DNA of 64,000 nt, taken from the NCBI GenBank assembly GCA_034669905.1, contig JAXMOL010000005.1:1-64000 (forward strand). The letters run 5' to 3'. The notes beneath the pieces are model-generated. The model did no database searches. It saw only the letters and a list, made by a program, of their open reading frames with translations, and was not told the origin of the DNA. Every line of letters starts with the position of its first letter. Position 1 is the first letter of the stretch. The position numbers were made by a program, and so were the translations under genes. Source of the DNA: Candidatus Hydrogenedentota bacterium. GTDB taxonomy: Bacteria; Hydrogenedentota; Hydrogenedentia; Hydrogenedentales; JAEUWI01. This document shows positions 40,059 to 48,958 of the stretch, one piece after another.

Positions 40059-43000
40059 TCAGTTTCTGGCCCGAGGTGGTGGCGGTGTCGCCCCGTCCGC
40101 TGCCGTGCCCGCTTCCACGTCTACGGATGACACGCCCGAAACTGGCTGGTACTCTACCAGGCCGTTGGCCGCGAGTTTCATGACAACGGGAAAGGTTGCA
40201 TCGGGATCACTCAGCGAAAATACAATATTCTGACTCTTGAAGGGGGCCACCGACACCGTCGCACGGCGGGGTGCGACCGTAACGGCGGGAAAATCCCTTC
40301 CCTCACCCCAGTGCTCGGGCGACGCGATGGCATCCAGGTAGCCCTTGGCGTAGACACTGCTGTTGTTGCGGATGGAAACCCGAATCTGGGCACCGTTGCG
40401 ACTGGTCTCCATCACGTAGGGCGCTTCATTGGTCATGAGCACATCGCGGTAGGTCTGGCGCTCGAAGGTTGTCTCGGCCACGACCGCCATCTCCGCTTCC
40501 ATGCCGGGCGTTCGGGCCAGTTGAATGGTTTCCACCTGCTGTTCCCCTGCGCCAAGACTGTAATAGACACGCTGAGGTCCGAAGGTCAGGCCCGACGTGG
40601 CCTCGAGATTCACGGTCCCCTCCACGGTGCGATCGGTGGTGTGGTTACTCACGACCACTTCGATGGCGGGCGTATCGCCGCTCAACGTGCCCCGCAGTAA
40701 GAGGCCGAGGGGCATTTTCCGGACCGGTGCCGCACCGCGCCGCTCATCCCAGTAGCGCGTTTCCAGGACGCCGTGGGGCTCGGCCTCCCGACCGAGGCGG
40801 GCGAGTCCGTCCAAGGGCTTGGTCACATTGGGTAGAAACCACAGGGGCAGTACCTGAAACCCATTTGCCTCCAGCGATACGCCTCCGCCGGTGACCGGCC
40901 ACGGGGTCTGGGGCCGCTCCAATACGTCGGTGCCCTGGGCTTCCAACATACCGGTACTGCTCTGCAGCGTACCCGACCAGCGTGCCCCCGTCGGCTCCCA
41001 CGCGAGGAGGGTATAGCCATCGCGGGGATGGAAGGCGGTTCGGGTGTTCGTGGTCGTGGGAAATCCGGCTGGCTTCAAACCGCCCACCCGGAGCCCCGCG
41101 GGACTCATTTCCAGGAAGGCCTGCGTTGCGGGCAGATCGCCTGGATGCATTTTGGTGCGTGCCACCACGGGCTTCACGTTGAATCGGGCGGCCTTCTCGG
41201 GCACCTGGGCCGAACGCCAATCGCCCTGGAAGGGAAAAATCCCATAGCGGAATCGTGACACGTCGAGCAGTTCGGCCCCGTCGCCCCCGTTGCGTTCCAG
41301 GGGCGTGCGGTGCTGGAGCCCAAGAAGGAGCCGGCCATCTTTCTGTTGTGACACGGAAAGACTGCCGGGAAAGAGCAGGGCATTCCCGCGCGACGCCTCC
41401 GGTTGGATGCGGGGCGGCACATAGGCCGACGGCGGCAAGAGATAACGCTGGCCCGTGCGTACGGCTCGGGTAAGCTGGTCGGCCAGGTCCGCGCTCTGGG
41501 CCGGGGTAAGGCCCCCCAGCAACAGGGTCGGTACAGGGGCCACACCGTCGGGAACACGCGTATCGTTCATCAGGAGGCGTGCGCCACTTGGGATGCGGTC
41601 CACATACTCCTTCAAGGTTTCTTCGGATAATTGGGCAAGCAGGGGCCCACAAAAGCGGTTTTGATCGGGGGTACCCAACACGACCCGCATACGATAACCG
41701 GCGCGAAGATAGTCGTTGCTATCCTGCTCGGTGGTGCTGTCCGTCCAGAGAAAGTCGGGTTTTTCCGGCGCGTCCGGTTGGAGGATGCTGGGGATACCCC
41801 GGGTAATGAGGGCCTGCTGCAACTCCCGGGCAGGCCGTTCGAGTAGTTCGTGCCCATAGACAATAATCGTGGGTTCCCAGGGCACGACGCCGCCCGACCC
41901 GACCTGAATGGCATCGTTGGCACTCAAGGCTGCCCACTCGTAGGCGGGATAGGGTACGGTGCCCCCCACATTCTCTCCACCCCGGGTACGCAGCACGAAA
42001 TCGTCCTGGCCCCGCGCCCCTACCAGCGTGCCAAAGCGTTCCCCCACGAGAAAGCTGGCGCCGTCGGGCCGAAACTGAAAGGAAGCCACGGCAGCTTTGC
42101 CCGAAAGGCTTACACGGTCCAGCGTGGTGTCACATTCGACCCAGGGGATTCCCGCGTGAAGCGTGTAACGCTGGGTCAGCGTGCCGCCCCCAAATGGCGT
42201 CTCCACGGTGATACGTTGGCGGAAGGCCGTGACCTCCGCGCGAATCGACGAAGGCGCCGGGCTTCGGCCGCTGGGAGAGCCGGTCCATAGTTCCTGTCCC
42301 GCGCGATTCTCACTCTCCCGCTCGGTGAGCAGCAGAATTTCATTGAGCGGTCCCGATGCAATCTCATCCCCATTGCGCTTATCCAAGAGCGAACGAATCG
42401 CACCCGTCGCCGGGTCGACGAAGAGTGCCAGATGCTCATTCTCGATCTGCATGTCTTCCGTCACCAGGGCACGGGAAGCCCGCTCGGCAGCCTGCACGAA
42501 ATAGGTGGCGTATCCATAGGGCGGCAGGTCTTCCGCCAGGAAATCGAGGCGTTGCTCCCCTTGATAGGCTTCGCCCACGTGTGGGACGGGCGCTTCCCCT
42601 TCCGTGACGAGTTTGAGTCCGGCGTTGGGCGCGACGGGCACTTGCACGGACACTGGAAAGGTCCCCCGACTCCCCGTCGGATTAAAAACGACAAGGGCAT
42701 CGAAGAGCCCCTGATTGAGGGGCACCGTGCCCGCCGTGTCAACCAGCCCGGCGAGGTACTCGCTACTCCGTCGCAGGCTGTCATCGGTCCATTCGGCCAC
42801 TTCGCGGTAGGCCGCCAGGGCATCCAGGACGTGCCCGTCGTCCCGGGGCACCCCCAGGGTTTCGGGGGTACTGTAGTAAAGCAACTGACGCCACGCGAAC
42901 TCCATGGCACTGTGGGGATAGACGGCTCCCTGCAGACTGGCCAGGGTCGCGAGACTTTCCGCGTCTTCCAACTGGCGGGCCAACTCGGAGTGAAGCCGCT

Positions 43001-44870
43001 GGAGCGCCGGTTGGCTGAGCAAGGCACCCGGCTGTCCGAGATTGAGATGGACGGCCAATGCAGGAATGGTGGCATTTACCCTGTCACCTGCCGCCCCGAC
43101 TTCTTCAAAAAAGGCCGCCGCGCCGCCGTCATCGAGGCGAATACGGGGAAAGGCCCGGGCCAGCGCATCGACATTCCCCCGGTAGAAGGGTTCGGGTGGA
43201 GCCACTACGTTTTCCACGACCAGCACATCGGTCGGCAGGGCCATGTCGGCCAATTCGCGGCGCTGAAGTGCCACGGCCTCCCGCAATTCATCCAGTGTAG
43301 CGGGACCGGCGGACTGCTGCTTTCGGCGCAAGTAGCGGGTATTTCCGGTGAGATCATAGAGACGGTTCAGGGGGGCCATCCCGGGGGCCATCAGATCCGT
43401 AACGATGCCGCCCATAGGCGTCATCCGCAGCAGCTGGGCGGTCTGGGGCGCAATGCCGGGCCGTTCCCAGGCCAGGTAGTGGGGCGTGGTGCTGTTGAGC
43501 TGACTGCCCGCCATGTGGAGGCCCAACTGGAGATTGCGCCACAGGGCCGTCCCCCCCACGATGCGCTCGTCGACGGGGGCGTAATTGCCCTGAACCGTAA
43601 CGGCACCCCGTTGGGCGGCATTCTCCAGGCTGTCGCGCAGGGCCGGCATCGCCACGTACGGCTTGTACCAGGACATGGCGTAGCCCAGGTCGAAGCCGTA
43701 ACCCAGGGCCTGGCGGGAAAAAAGGAGCTGCCGTTTAACGCTCTCAAGGTAGGCTTCGTCGGTGGGTGGCATGCCGTCGATGGCGCTCGTGTGGCCCGTG
43801 ATGACCCGGACGATTCCGTCCCCTTCGCCCCCTGCCGTAATGGGTACGGTCGCCGTGAAGCGGGAGCTATCCTCCCCACTGGCCAGGCGTACGGAAACTT
43901 CGATGGTGCTCCCCACCGTGGCCGAGCCGATCGGGAGCGCGATGGGGACCTGTCGCGTTTCACCGGCATCCAGGGCCTCGATTTCCACCAGGTCCGGCAG
44001 CGGCATTCCGGGTACGGCCACGATGGCTTCCACGGGTTCCGATATTTCTTCCAGGGGATTGTGGATCGTGAGAAGCACATCCTGCTTCAGATCGCCGGCA
44101 AAGCCCGAGACGGTACCGGCATCTTCCAGTTTCGGCACATAGAGCAACCGTCTCCCGATGGGCCGCGCATGATGCAGTTCCACAGACAAGGCGAAGCCGC
44201 TGGTCTTCCGCAAACGGGGCCGATTGGCCATGGCACCCGCCGTCAGCTGGGGCGTGCTGAGTCCCCGGGCCTGGGCCATGGCGTTGTAGTCCGCCCCGGG
44301 CACCTCGAAAACCACCAGGTTGTTTCCGGCGCGCAAGCCGATGGCGAGAAATTCTTTCCCGACGGCCTCCAGTGGTCCGGGTTCGTATTGCGATGCGGGA
44401 AAGCCGTTGGCCCAGACACGGACGCCAAGGGGCGACTCAATATCCAGGAGAATCTGGGTGAGTATGGGCGAGTCGACGTAGAACGCCGCATAGGCCACGC
44501 CGGAAATATCGTCGGGGAAAAAGGGGGCCAAGTCCAGCTCGGGACCGGTCGTGCCCGCCTCTTGCCAGATAGCATCGTCCCCATTGCTCCGGGGAATCCG
44601 CATGAGGTGCCGGGGGCGAATGCGGGCGATGGGGGCGTTGGGCGCCATGAAATCCGTGTCGCTCAAGGCCGGGGCATCATCACGAATGGCCGCGAGAACC
44701 CCACCGGGCACGTCGGGTTCAAAGGGCCCACAGACAAGCCAGTGGGCAATGTAGCCCCGCTCCAGGATGGGCGCGAGGCCCTCGTATTGTTCCTGGGCCG
44801 GAGTAGAGATAGGGGCCAGTATGGTGGCGAGTAGCAACACGAGAAGCGCTATGCGATGGGAGCCTTTCAC
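40059..44870 (-). CDS. Large exported GH38 (alpha-mannosidase)-like protein, catalytic motifs degenerate
   Basis: Signal peptide, WLVCGPF N-domain, VVFNP, DLPPYGYATY, IENEHL..VDPATGAIRSLLDK, RYGIFPFQGDW and GLKPA. GTG start with GGAG. Confidence 0.75.
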   Translation of the reverse strand: MKGSHRIALLVLLLATILAPISTPAQEQYEGLAPILERGYIAHWLVCGPFEPDVPGGVLAAIRDDAPALSDTDFMAPNAPIARIRPRHLMRIPRSNGDDAIWQEAGTTGPELDLAPFFPDDISGVAYAAFYVDSPILTQILLDIESPLGVRVWANGFPASQYEPGPLEAVGKEFLAIGLRAGNNLVVFEVPGADYNAMAQARGLSTPQLTAGAMANRPRLRKTSGFALSVELHHARPIGRRLLYVPKLEDAGTVSGFAGDLKQDVLLTIHNPLEEISEPVEAIVAVPGMPLPDLVEIEALDAGETRQVPIALPIGSATVGSTIEVSVRLASGEDSSRFTATVPITAGGEGDGIVRVITGHTSAIDGMPPTDEAYLESVKRQLLFSRQALGYGFDLGYAMSWYKPYVAMPALRDSLENAAQRGAVTVQGNYAPVDERIVGGTALWRNLQLGLHMAGSQLNSTTPHYLAWERPGIAPQTAQLLRMTPMGGIVTDLMAPGMAPLNRLYDLTGNTRYLRRKQQSAGPATLDELREAVALQRRELADMALPTDVLVVENVVAPPEPFYRGNVDALARAFPRIRLDDGGAAAFFEEVGAAGDRVNATIPALAVHLNLGQPGALLSQPALQRLHSELARQLEDAESLATLASLQGAVYPHSAMEFAWRQLLYYSTPETLGVPRDDGHVLDALAAYREVAEWTDDSLRRSSEYLAGLVDTAGTVPLNQGLFDALVVFNPTGSRGTFPVSVQVPVAPNAGLKLVTEGEAPVPHVGEAYQGEQRLDFLAEDLPPYGYATYFVQAAERASRALVTEDMQIENEHLALFVDPATGAIRSLLDKRNGDEIASGPLNEILLLTERESENRAGQELWTGSPSGRSPAPSSIRAEVTAFRQRITVETPFGGGTLTQRYTLHAGIPWVECDTTLDRVSLSGKAAVASFQFRPDGASFLVGERFGTLVGARGQDDFVLRTRGGENVGGTVPYPAYEWAALSANDAIQVGSGGVVPWEPTIIVYGHELLERPARELQQALITRGIPSILQPDAPEKPDFLWTDSTTEQDSNDYLRAGYRMRVVLGTPDQNRFCGPLLAQLSEETLKEYVDRIPSGARLLMNDTRVPDGVAPVPTLLLGGLTPAQSADLADQLTRAVRTGQRYLLPPSAYVPPRIQPEASRGNALLFPGSLSVSQQKDGRLLLGLQHRTPLERNGGDGAELLDVSRFRYGIFPFQGDWRSAQVPEKAARFNVKPVVARTKMHPGDLPATQAFLEMSPAGLRVGGLKPAGFPTTTNTRTAFHPRDGYTLLAWEPTGARWSGTLQSSTGMLEAQGTDVLERPQTPWPVTGGGVSLEANGFQVLPLWFLPNVTKPLDGLARLGREAEPHGVLETRYWDERRGAAPVRKMPLGLLLRGTLSGDTPAIEVVVSNHTTDRTVEGTVNLEATSGLTFGPQRVYYSLGAGEQQVETIQLARTPGMEAEMAVVAETTFERQTYRDVLMTNEAPYVMETSRNGAQIRVSIRNNSSVYAKGYLDAIASPEHWGEGRDFPAVTVAPRRATVSVAPFKSQNIVFSLSDPDATFPVVMKLAANGLVEYQPVSGVSSVDVEAGTAADGATPPPPRARN

Positions 44871-44871
44871 G

Positions 44872-46026
44872 TCAGCGGGACTCCGTCGAAATTTGCTCGG
44901 CAGGCGCCGTTTCGGCCTTTGCCGCCCCGGCCGGGTAATACGTATGCATTCCGGTGAGGGGGCTGTAGGCACGGTTCGCCTGAAACTGGAGCACGAACAG
45001 AATAAGACACAGGATGGTGGTGAGCGCCACGGTGGGCCTCCCCCACGCTTCAAAGCGCATAAGCCAGGCACTCAGGGCGGCCAGGGCCACCCCACACAGC
45101 GCCAGCGGCAGGAAAAGCTGTCCCGCATTCTCCAGGGTCACATAGTCTATCGGAAGGGCCCCCGGGTAGACGCGGATGAACAACACGGCCAACACGGCGA
45201 ATCGGAAGGGAGCCGATTTCACCTTAAACAGCGCCCAGCCCAGCAGCGCCATCACCCCAATACCCCATGCCCACCCCTGCCAGGCGTGGGCCTCAACGTG
45301 GGCCACCGTTTCCGGCAACAATCCGATGGGATAGAACACGAGCAAGAGGGGTCCCACGATGGCATCAAGTGTCGGCAGCTGGGCGTAGAGAATATCCAGA
45401 TGGAACCAGTTCGCCACCATGGTCACCCCGAGGAATGGCAGCAGGCGCAGCCAATTGCGTTCCTCACTATCCCCGACGAAGAGTTCCATCAGAATAAGGA
45501 CGCCCAAGAGCGCAGCATTGACAGCAAAAACACCCGTTGCAATGGCAAAAGTCAGTAGGGCTATCGCGAAGGGAGCCACACCGCCGTCTTGCCGCACCCG
45601 GGCATACATCAGCAGGGTCAGCAACGCCATAAAGGTGGCCAGCCCATAGTATACGCCGGTGAGACTGAAAAGCGTCTCCGTCTTGACGGGATGGGCCATG
45701 AGGAAGGTGCCTGCCAGCGAGCCCAACCACGGAGGACCACCCACGAGTCTTCGGGTAAGCAGAAACACCAGTGCCATACAGCCGAACAAGATGGGTAAGG
45801 CGAAACCTGCCACCTCGATAATCGGGCTGCGCGCAAATGCGTCGGACCACATGGCGAGCCATGGCCAGGCGGCCGGATAGTCAAAATCCCGAGTGGTCAT
45901 GCCCCCATTGGGAAGCATGATAAGACTCGATCCGTAGACCAGGATTAGATAGAAGGTCATGGTGACGAAAAAAAATCCGGCACCGGGCTTCTTGCGGGGG
46001 GGCTTGCTGTCGTTTGTATCATCCAT
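44872..46026 (-). CDS. Polytopic membrane protein resembling the TMTC/GT-C glycosyltransferase membrane domain
   Basis: About 11 TM helices. FLMAHPVKTETLFSLTG resembles LFAxHPxxxEAVxWxxGR. Ends 1 bp before the next start. Confidence 0.6.
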   Translation of the reverse strand: MDDTNDSKPPRKKPGAGFFFVTMTFYLILVYGSSLIMLPNGGMTTRDFDYPAAWPWLAMWSDAFARSPIIEVAGFALPILFGCMALVFLLTRRLVGGPPWLGSLAGTFLMAHPVKTETLFSLTGVYYGLATFMALLTLLMYARVRQDGGVAPFAIALLTFAIATGVFAVNAALLGVLILMELFVGDSEERNWLRLLPFLGVTMVANWFHLDILYAQLPTLDAIVGPLLLVFYPIGLLPETVAHVEAHAWQGWAWGIGVMALLGWALFKVKSAPFRFAVLAVLFIRVYPGALPIDYVTLENAGQLFLPLALCGVALAALSAWLMRFEAWGRPTVALTTILCLILFVLQFQANRAYSPLTGMHTYYPAGAAKAETAPAEQISTESR

Positions 46027-46326
46027 GATGGGCCAAGTATAGCCCTTTTCCGGGGAAAAACTACAACCAACGCGCGCAACACGCCCTGAAAATGCTCCCC
46101 GACAAACAAAGGAGAAGAAGGCCCTGGCGAGAGGCAGAGAATCGTGTGCTGCCCATGAAGCGCGGTGGGCCAGCGCCCGTTGATTCCAGGCGGACCTTTC
46201 GCCTGGACACGGGGCATGACGCGCTCGAACCTGGGGAGAAAATGCACGAACCGGAGTACCGGATCGCGCGGCACAGCCGGAGAATCTACATGAGTCGTTG
46301 GGGAGAGAGGGGTTGCGGCCTCCCCG

Positions 46327-46367
46327 AAACAAAGCCCCCTCATCGGGCACATGACCAATGAGGGGGC
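46327..46367 (-). terminator. Intrinsic terminator ending the riboswitch operon
   Basis: GCCCCCTCAT/ATGAGGGGGC stem, followed on the minus strand by TTTGTTT. Confidence 0.7.
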
Positions 46368-46389
46368 GCGATTGCTATAGGGGCTGGTA

Positions 46390-48903
46390 TTAACGCTGGG
46401 GGCGCCGTCCGAACGCAACCAGGGTCAACAGCGTAAGACTGAAGAGGAAGAACTCTTCTACTTTGTCGGCCAGGGTCTGTGCAACGCCCTGTTTCGAGAG
46501 CGCGCAACCCGGCGTCGTTACTTCGACGCGGGCCTCAAGCTCTGCCTCCGACAGAAAGCCATCGCTGTTGGTGTCCAGCGCATCAAACTGGGTGGTTGTC
46601 ACTGCGGACAAGGACGCCATGGCCTCTGCCAATGACAGCTGCCCATCATTATCCACGTCCGCAACAGCGAACAGGTTCAAGAGCGCTTCGGCGGCGGCAT
46701 CCAGCGTCACTTCGCCTTCGCCTTCGCCTTCGCCTTCGCCTTCTCCTTCTCCTTCACCTTCACCTTCACCTTCACCTTCTTCTTCTCCTTCTCCTTCTCC
46801 TTCTCCTTCTCCTTCTCCTTCACCGCCGGGCGCACCATCGAAATAGACGCGATAGATATTCCCGTCGATGGTCGAATTGGCCGCAAAGTCTCCAACGCGA
46901 ATATAGACGTCCGACGTGAAAGCGTTTACAAAAGCCGTGTAATAAACACCGGTGGTGTCGGCGGGGTGCAAGGTTTCATACAACTCAAAGTTACCCACTT
47001 CCCCCCTTCCACGGAATCCGGTGTCGAAAATCTGCACGCCGTCATTCCCCGGATTGACGAATTGATAGGAATCGTTGTAACCTGCCAAGCCGCCCGTAAG
47101 AAAGGCCGTATCCGTATCCACCAGGGTTCCGTCCAGCTCCCACGCGAGCGTCCGGTTATTGTCGAAAGCACTCATAAGGTCGTTAACGGTAAAGGTACGC
47201 AACTCCGCCGTGTTGGCATCCATTGCATAAACGATTGACGTACGGCCCAGCACGCTCAGGAGGTTGGAGGAATAGCTGCCTGCCGGTTTTTGCACCACCA
47301 CGCTCTTGTCCTGGAGCGCATACTTCGCCGACTTGCGAACCACGGGGTGGACCGCCTGCTTCTGGGCGCTCAGATCCAAAATGCGCAATTCGCTGGCTTC
47401 ACCAAAGGCACCGACATCGAGGAGCACCAGGTTGGTGGTGAGGAAGGTCCCCGAAAAGTGACTGATGGATGCGACGAGTGCTTCTTCGGAATAGTCCACC
47501 GGATTGGCGGTGTCGAAAAGATAGAGGTTTCCACCGAAGCCTGCTCCGAGCAAGACATGCTGGTTATCCGGTGAAAGGGCCATGAATCCCGGGTCACCTG
47601 TGTAACCCGAAGCAATAACTTCGAAAACGCCCGACTCAGCGGCCGTTTCCTGGTAAATGGCATCGCCATTCCAGAGTAAGAGTCGCTGATCTGACAGTCC
47701 CAGACCGACCAGGCCAAACGCGTTGGCGGCTACCTCGGGAAAACCCTCCTGTAAGACAAGTTCCGTCGTGGAAACTTCCCCCTCACCTTCTCCCTCGCCT
47801 TCACCACCGCGCGTACCTCCTTCACCCTCTCCTTCACCCTCTCCTTCGCCTTCACCCTCCCCTTCGCCTTCGCCCCCTTCCTCCAAGATCACGCGATAGA
47901 CATCGCCATTGATGGTGGAATTAGCCGCAAAATCACCGACACGAAGATTGGCGGTATCCGTGACGCCATTAAAAATAACGCTGTAGTAAAGCCCTGTCCC
48001 TTCAGCCGGCTGGAGTGCCTCGATGAACTCCAAGTTAGAGCCACTACCCGTACGCTGTTTGCTCCGTGTTCTTCCCAGGCCATCGAAGGCATAGACATTT
48101 ACGGCATCATTACCCGGATTGTAGAGGGTGCCGTCATCCGCGACGCCCGCTACGCCCCCGGTAAGCACGGCTTCATCGGCACTAACGGGAGTTCCGGCCG
48201 TCCAGACCAGCGTGCTGTTGGTGCTGTAGGCCGTGATGAAATCGCTCGGCAGGAAAGCACGCAATTCGGCCGTGTTAGCATCCATCACCAGAATATAGTC
48301 CGTGCTTCCGGGCGCGTAGCCCAAGGTGGCCGAGTAACTGCCCTCCGGTTTCACCAACACGGTCGCTTTGTCCACCGTGGGCTTCTTTAACACGGATACC
48401 GGACGGGCCTTGTTGGCGCTCAGGTCGAGGACCACCAATTCACTGGGTTCGCCAAACACCCCCACATCCAGCAGGACCAAGTCATTGTTCAAATACAACC
48501 CATCGAAGTGCCCCATGGTGGCCACCAGCGCGGAGGCTTCATAGTCAATCGGCGTGTGGGTATCAAGCACATAGAGATTGCCACTGAAACCCGCGCCAAG
48601 CAGGGCAAAGCGCCCGCCCGGTGCCATGGCGATGAAGGCCGGGTCTCCCACGTAGCCCGTGGCGATCGCATCGAAACTATCGGCATCCACCTCAGACTGA
48701 AGGTAAACCGTGTTGCCATTCCAGACGAGGAGACGTCCATCGGGCAAGGCATCACCAACCACGCCGAAAGCATTCGCATCGGCCTGTGGAAAGTTCTCAT
48801 ATTGCACGAAGGTGGCCGTCATTGCAGGGACCGCCCCCAGCAAACAGAGCCATACACACGCCCACCGTAATCCCGTTGTGATTTTCACGAACACATTCTC
48901 CAT
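46390..48903 (-). CDS. Surface protein: signal peptide, two tandem beta-rich domains, (GE)n linkers, EF-hand pair, C-terminal TM anchor
   Basis: Internal repeat NAFG(V/L)VG..RLL.WNG..GDP.F.A..LLGAGF, EF loops DVDNDGQLSLAE and DTNSDGFLSEAE, and a PGC...TM-RR tail. Confidence 0.85.
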   Translation of the reverse strand: MENVFVKITTGLRWACVWLCLLGAVPAMTATFVQYENFPQADANAFGVVGDALPDGRLLVWNGNTVYLQSEVDADSFDAIATGYVGDPAFIAMAPGGRFALLGAGFSGNLYVLDTHTPIDYEASALVATMGHFDGLYLNNDLVLLDVGVFGEPSELVVLDLSANKARPVSVLKKPTVDKATVLVKPEGSYSATLGYAPGSTDYILVMDANTAELRAFLPSDFITAYSTNSTLVWTAGTPVSADEAVLTGGVAGVADDGTLYNPGNDAVNVYAFDGLGRTRSKQRTGSGSNLEFIEALQPAEGTGLYYSVIFNGVTDTANLRVGDFAANSTINGDVYRVILEEGGEGEGEGEGEGEGEGEGEGGTRGGEGEGEGEGEVSTTELVLQEGFPEVAANAFGLVGLGLSDQRLLLWNGDAIYQETAAESGVFEVIASGYTGDPGFMALSPDNQHVLLGAGFGGNLYLFDTANPVDYSEEALVASISHFSGTFLTTNLVLLDVGAFGEASELRILDLSAQKQAVHPVVRKSAKYALQDKSVVVQKPAGSYSSNLLSVLGRTSIVYAMDANTAELRTFTVNDLMSAFDNNRTLAWELDGTLVDTDTAFLTGGLAGYNDSYQFVNPGNDGVQIFDTGFRGRGEVGNFELYETLHPADTTGVYYTAFVNAFTSDVYIRVGDFAANSTIDGNIYRVYFDGAPGGEGEGEGEGEGEGEEEGEGEGEGEGEGEGEGEGEGEGEVTLDAAAEALLNLFAVADVDNDGQLSLAEAMASLSAVTTTQFDALDTNSDGFLSEAELEARVEVTTPGCALSKQGVAQTLADKVEEFFLFSLTLLTLVAFGRRPQR
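46711..46824. repeat. Hexanucleotide coding repeat (Gly-Glu)n
   Basis: 114 bp of TTCNCC units: 19 dipeptides, one of them EE. Confidence 0.95.
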
Positions 48904-48958
48904 ATGATGCTACTGCGCGACCCTGATTTCAGGGTCGCGCTTACCTATCCATCAAGGG

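Noticed and set aside
42432..44834. 800-aa plus-strand ORF, and similar ORFs at 12493-14499, 55998-57992, 2853-4217 and 61190-62500
   Set aside because: Antisense shadows of real genes, expected from GC-rich codon bias; no motifs.
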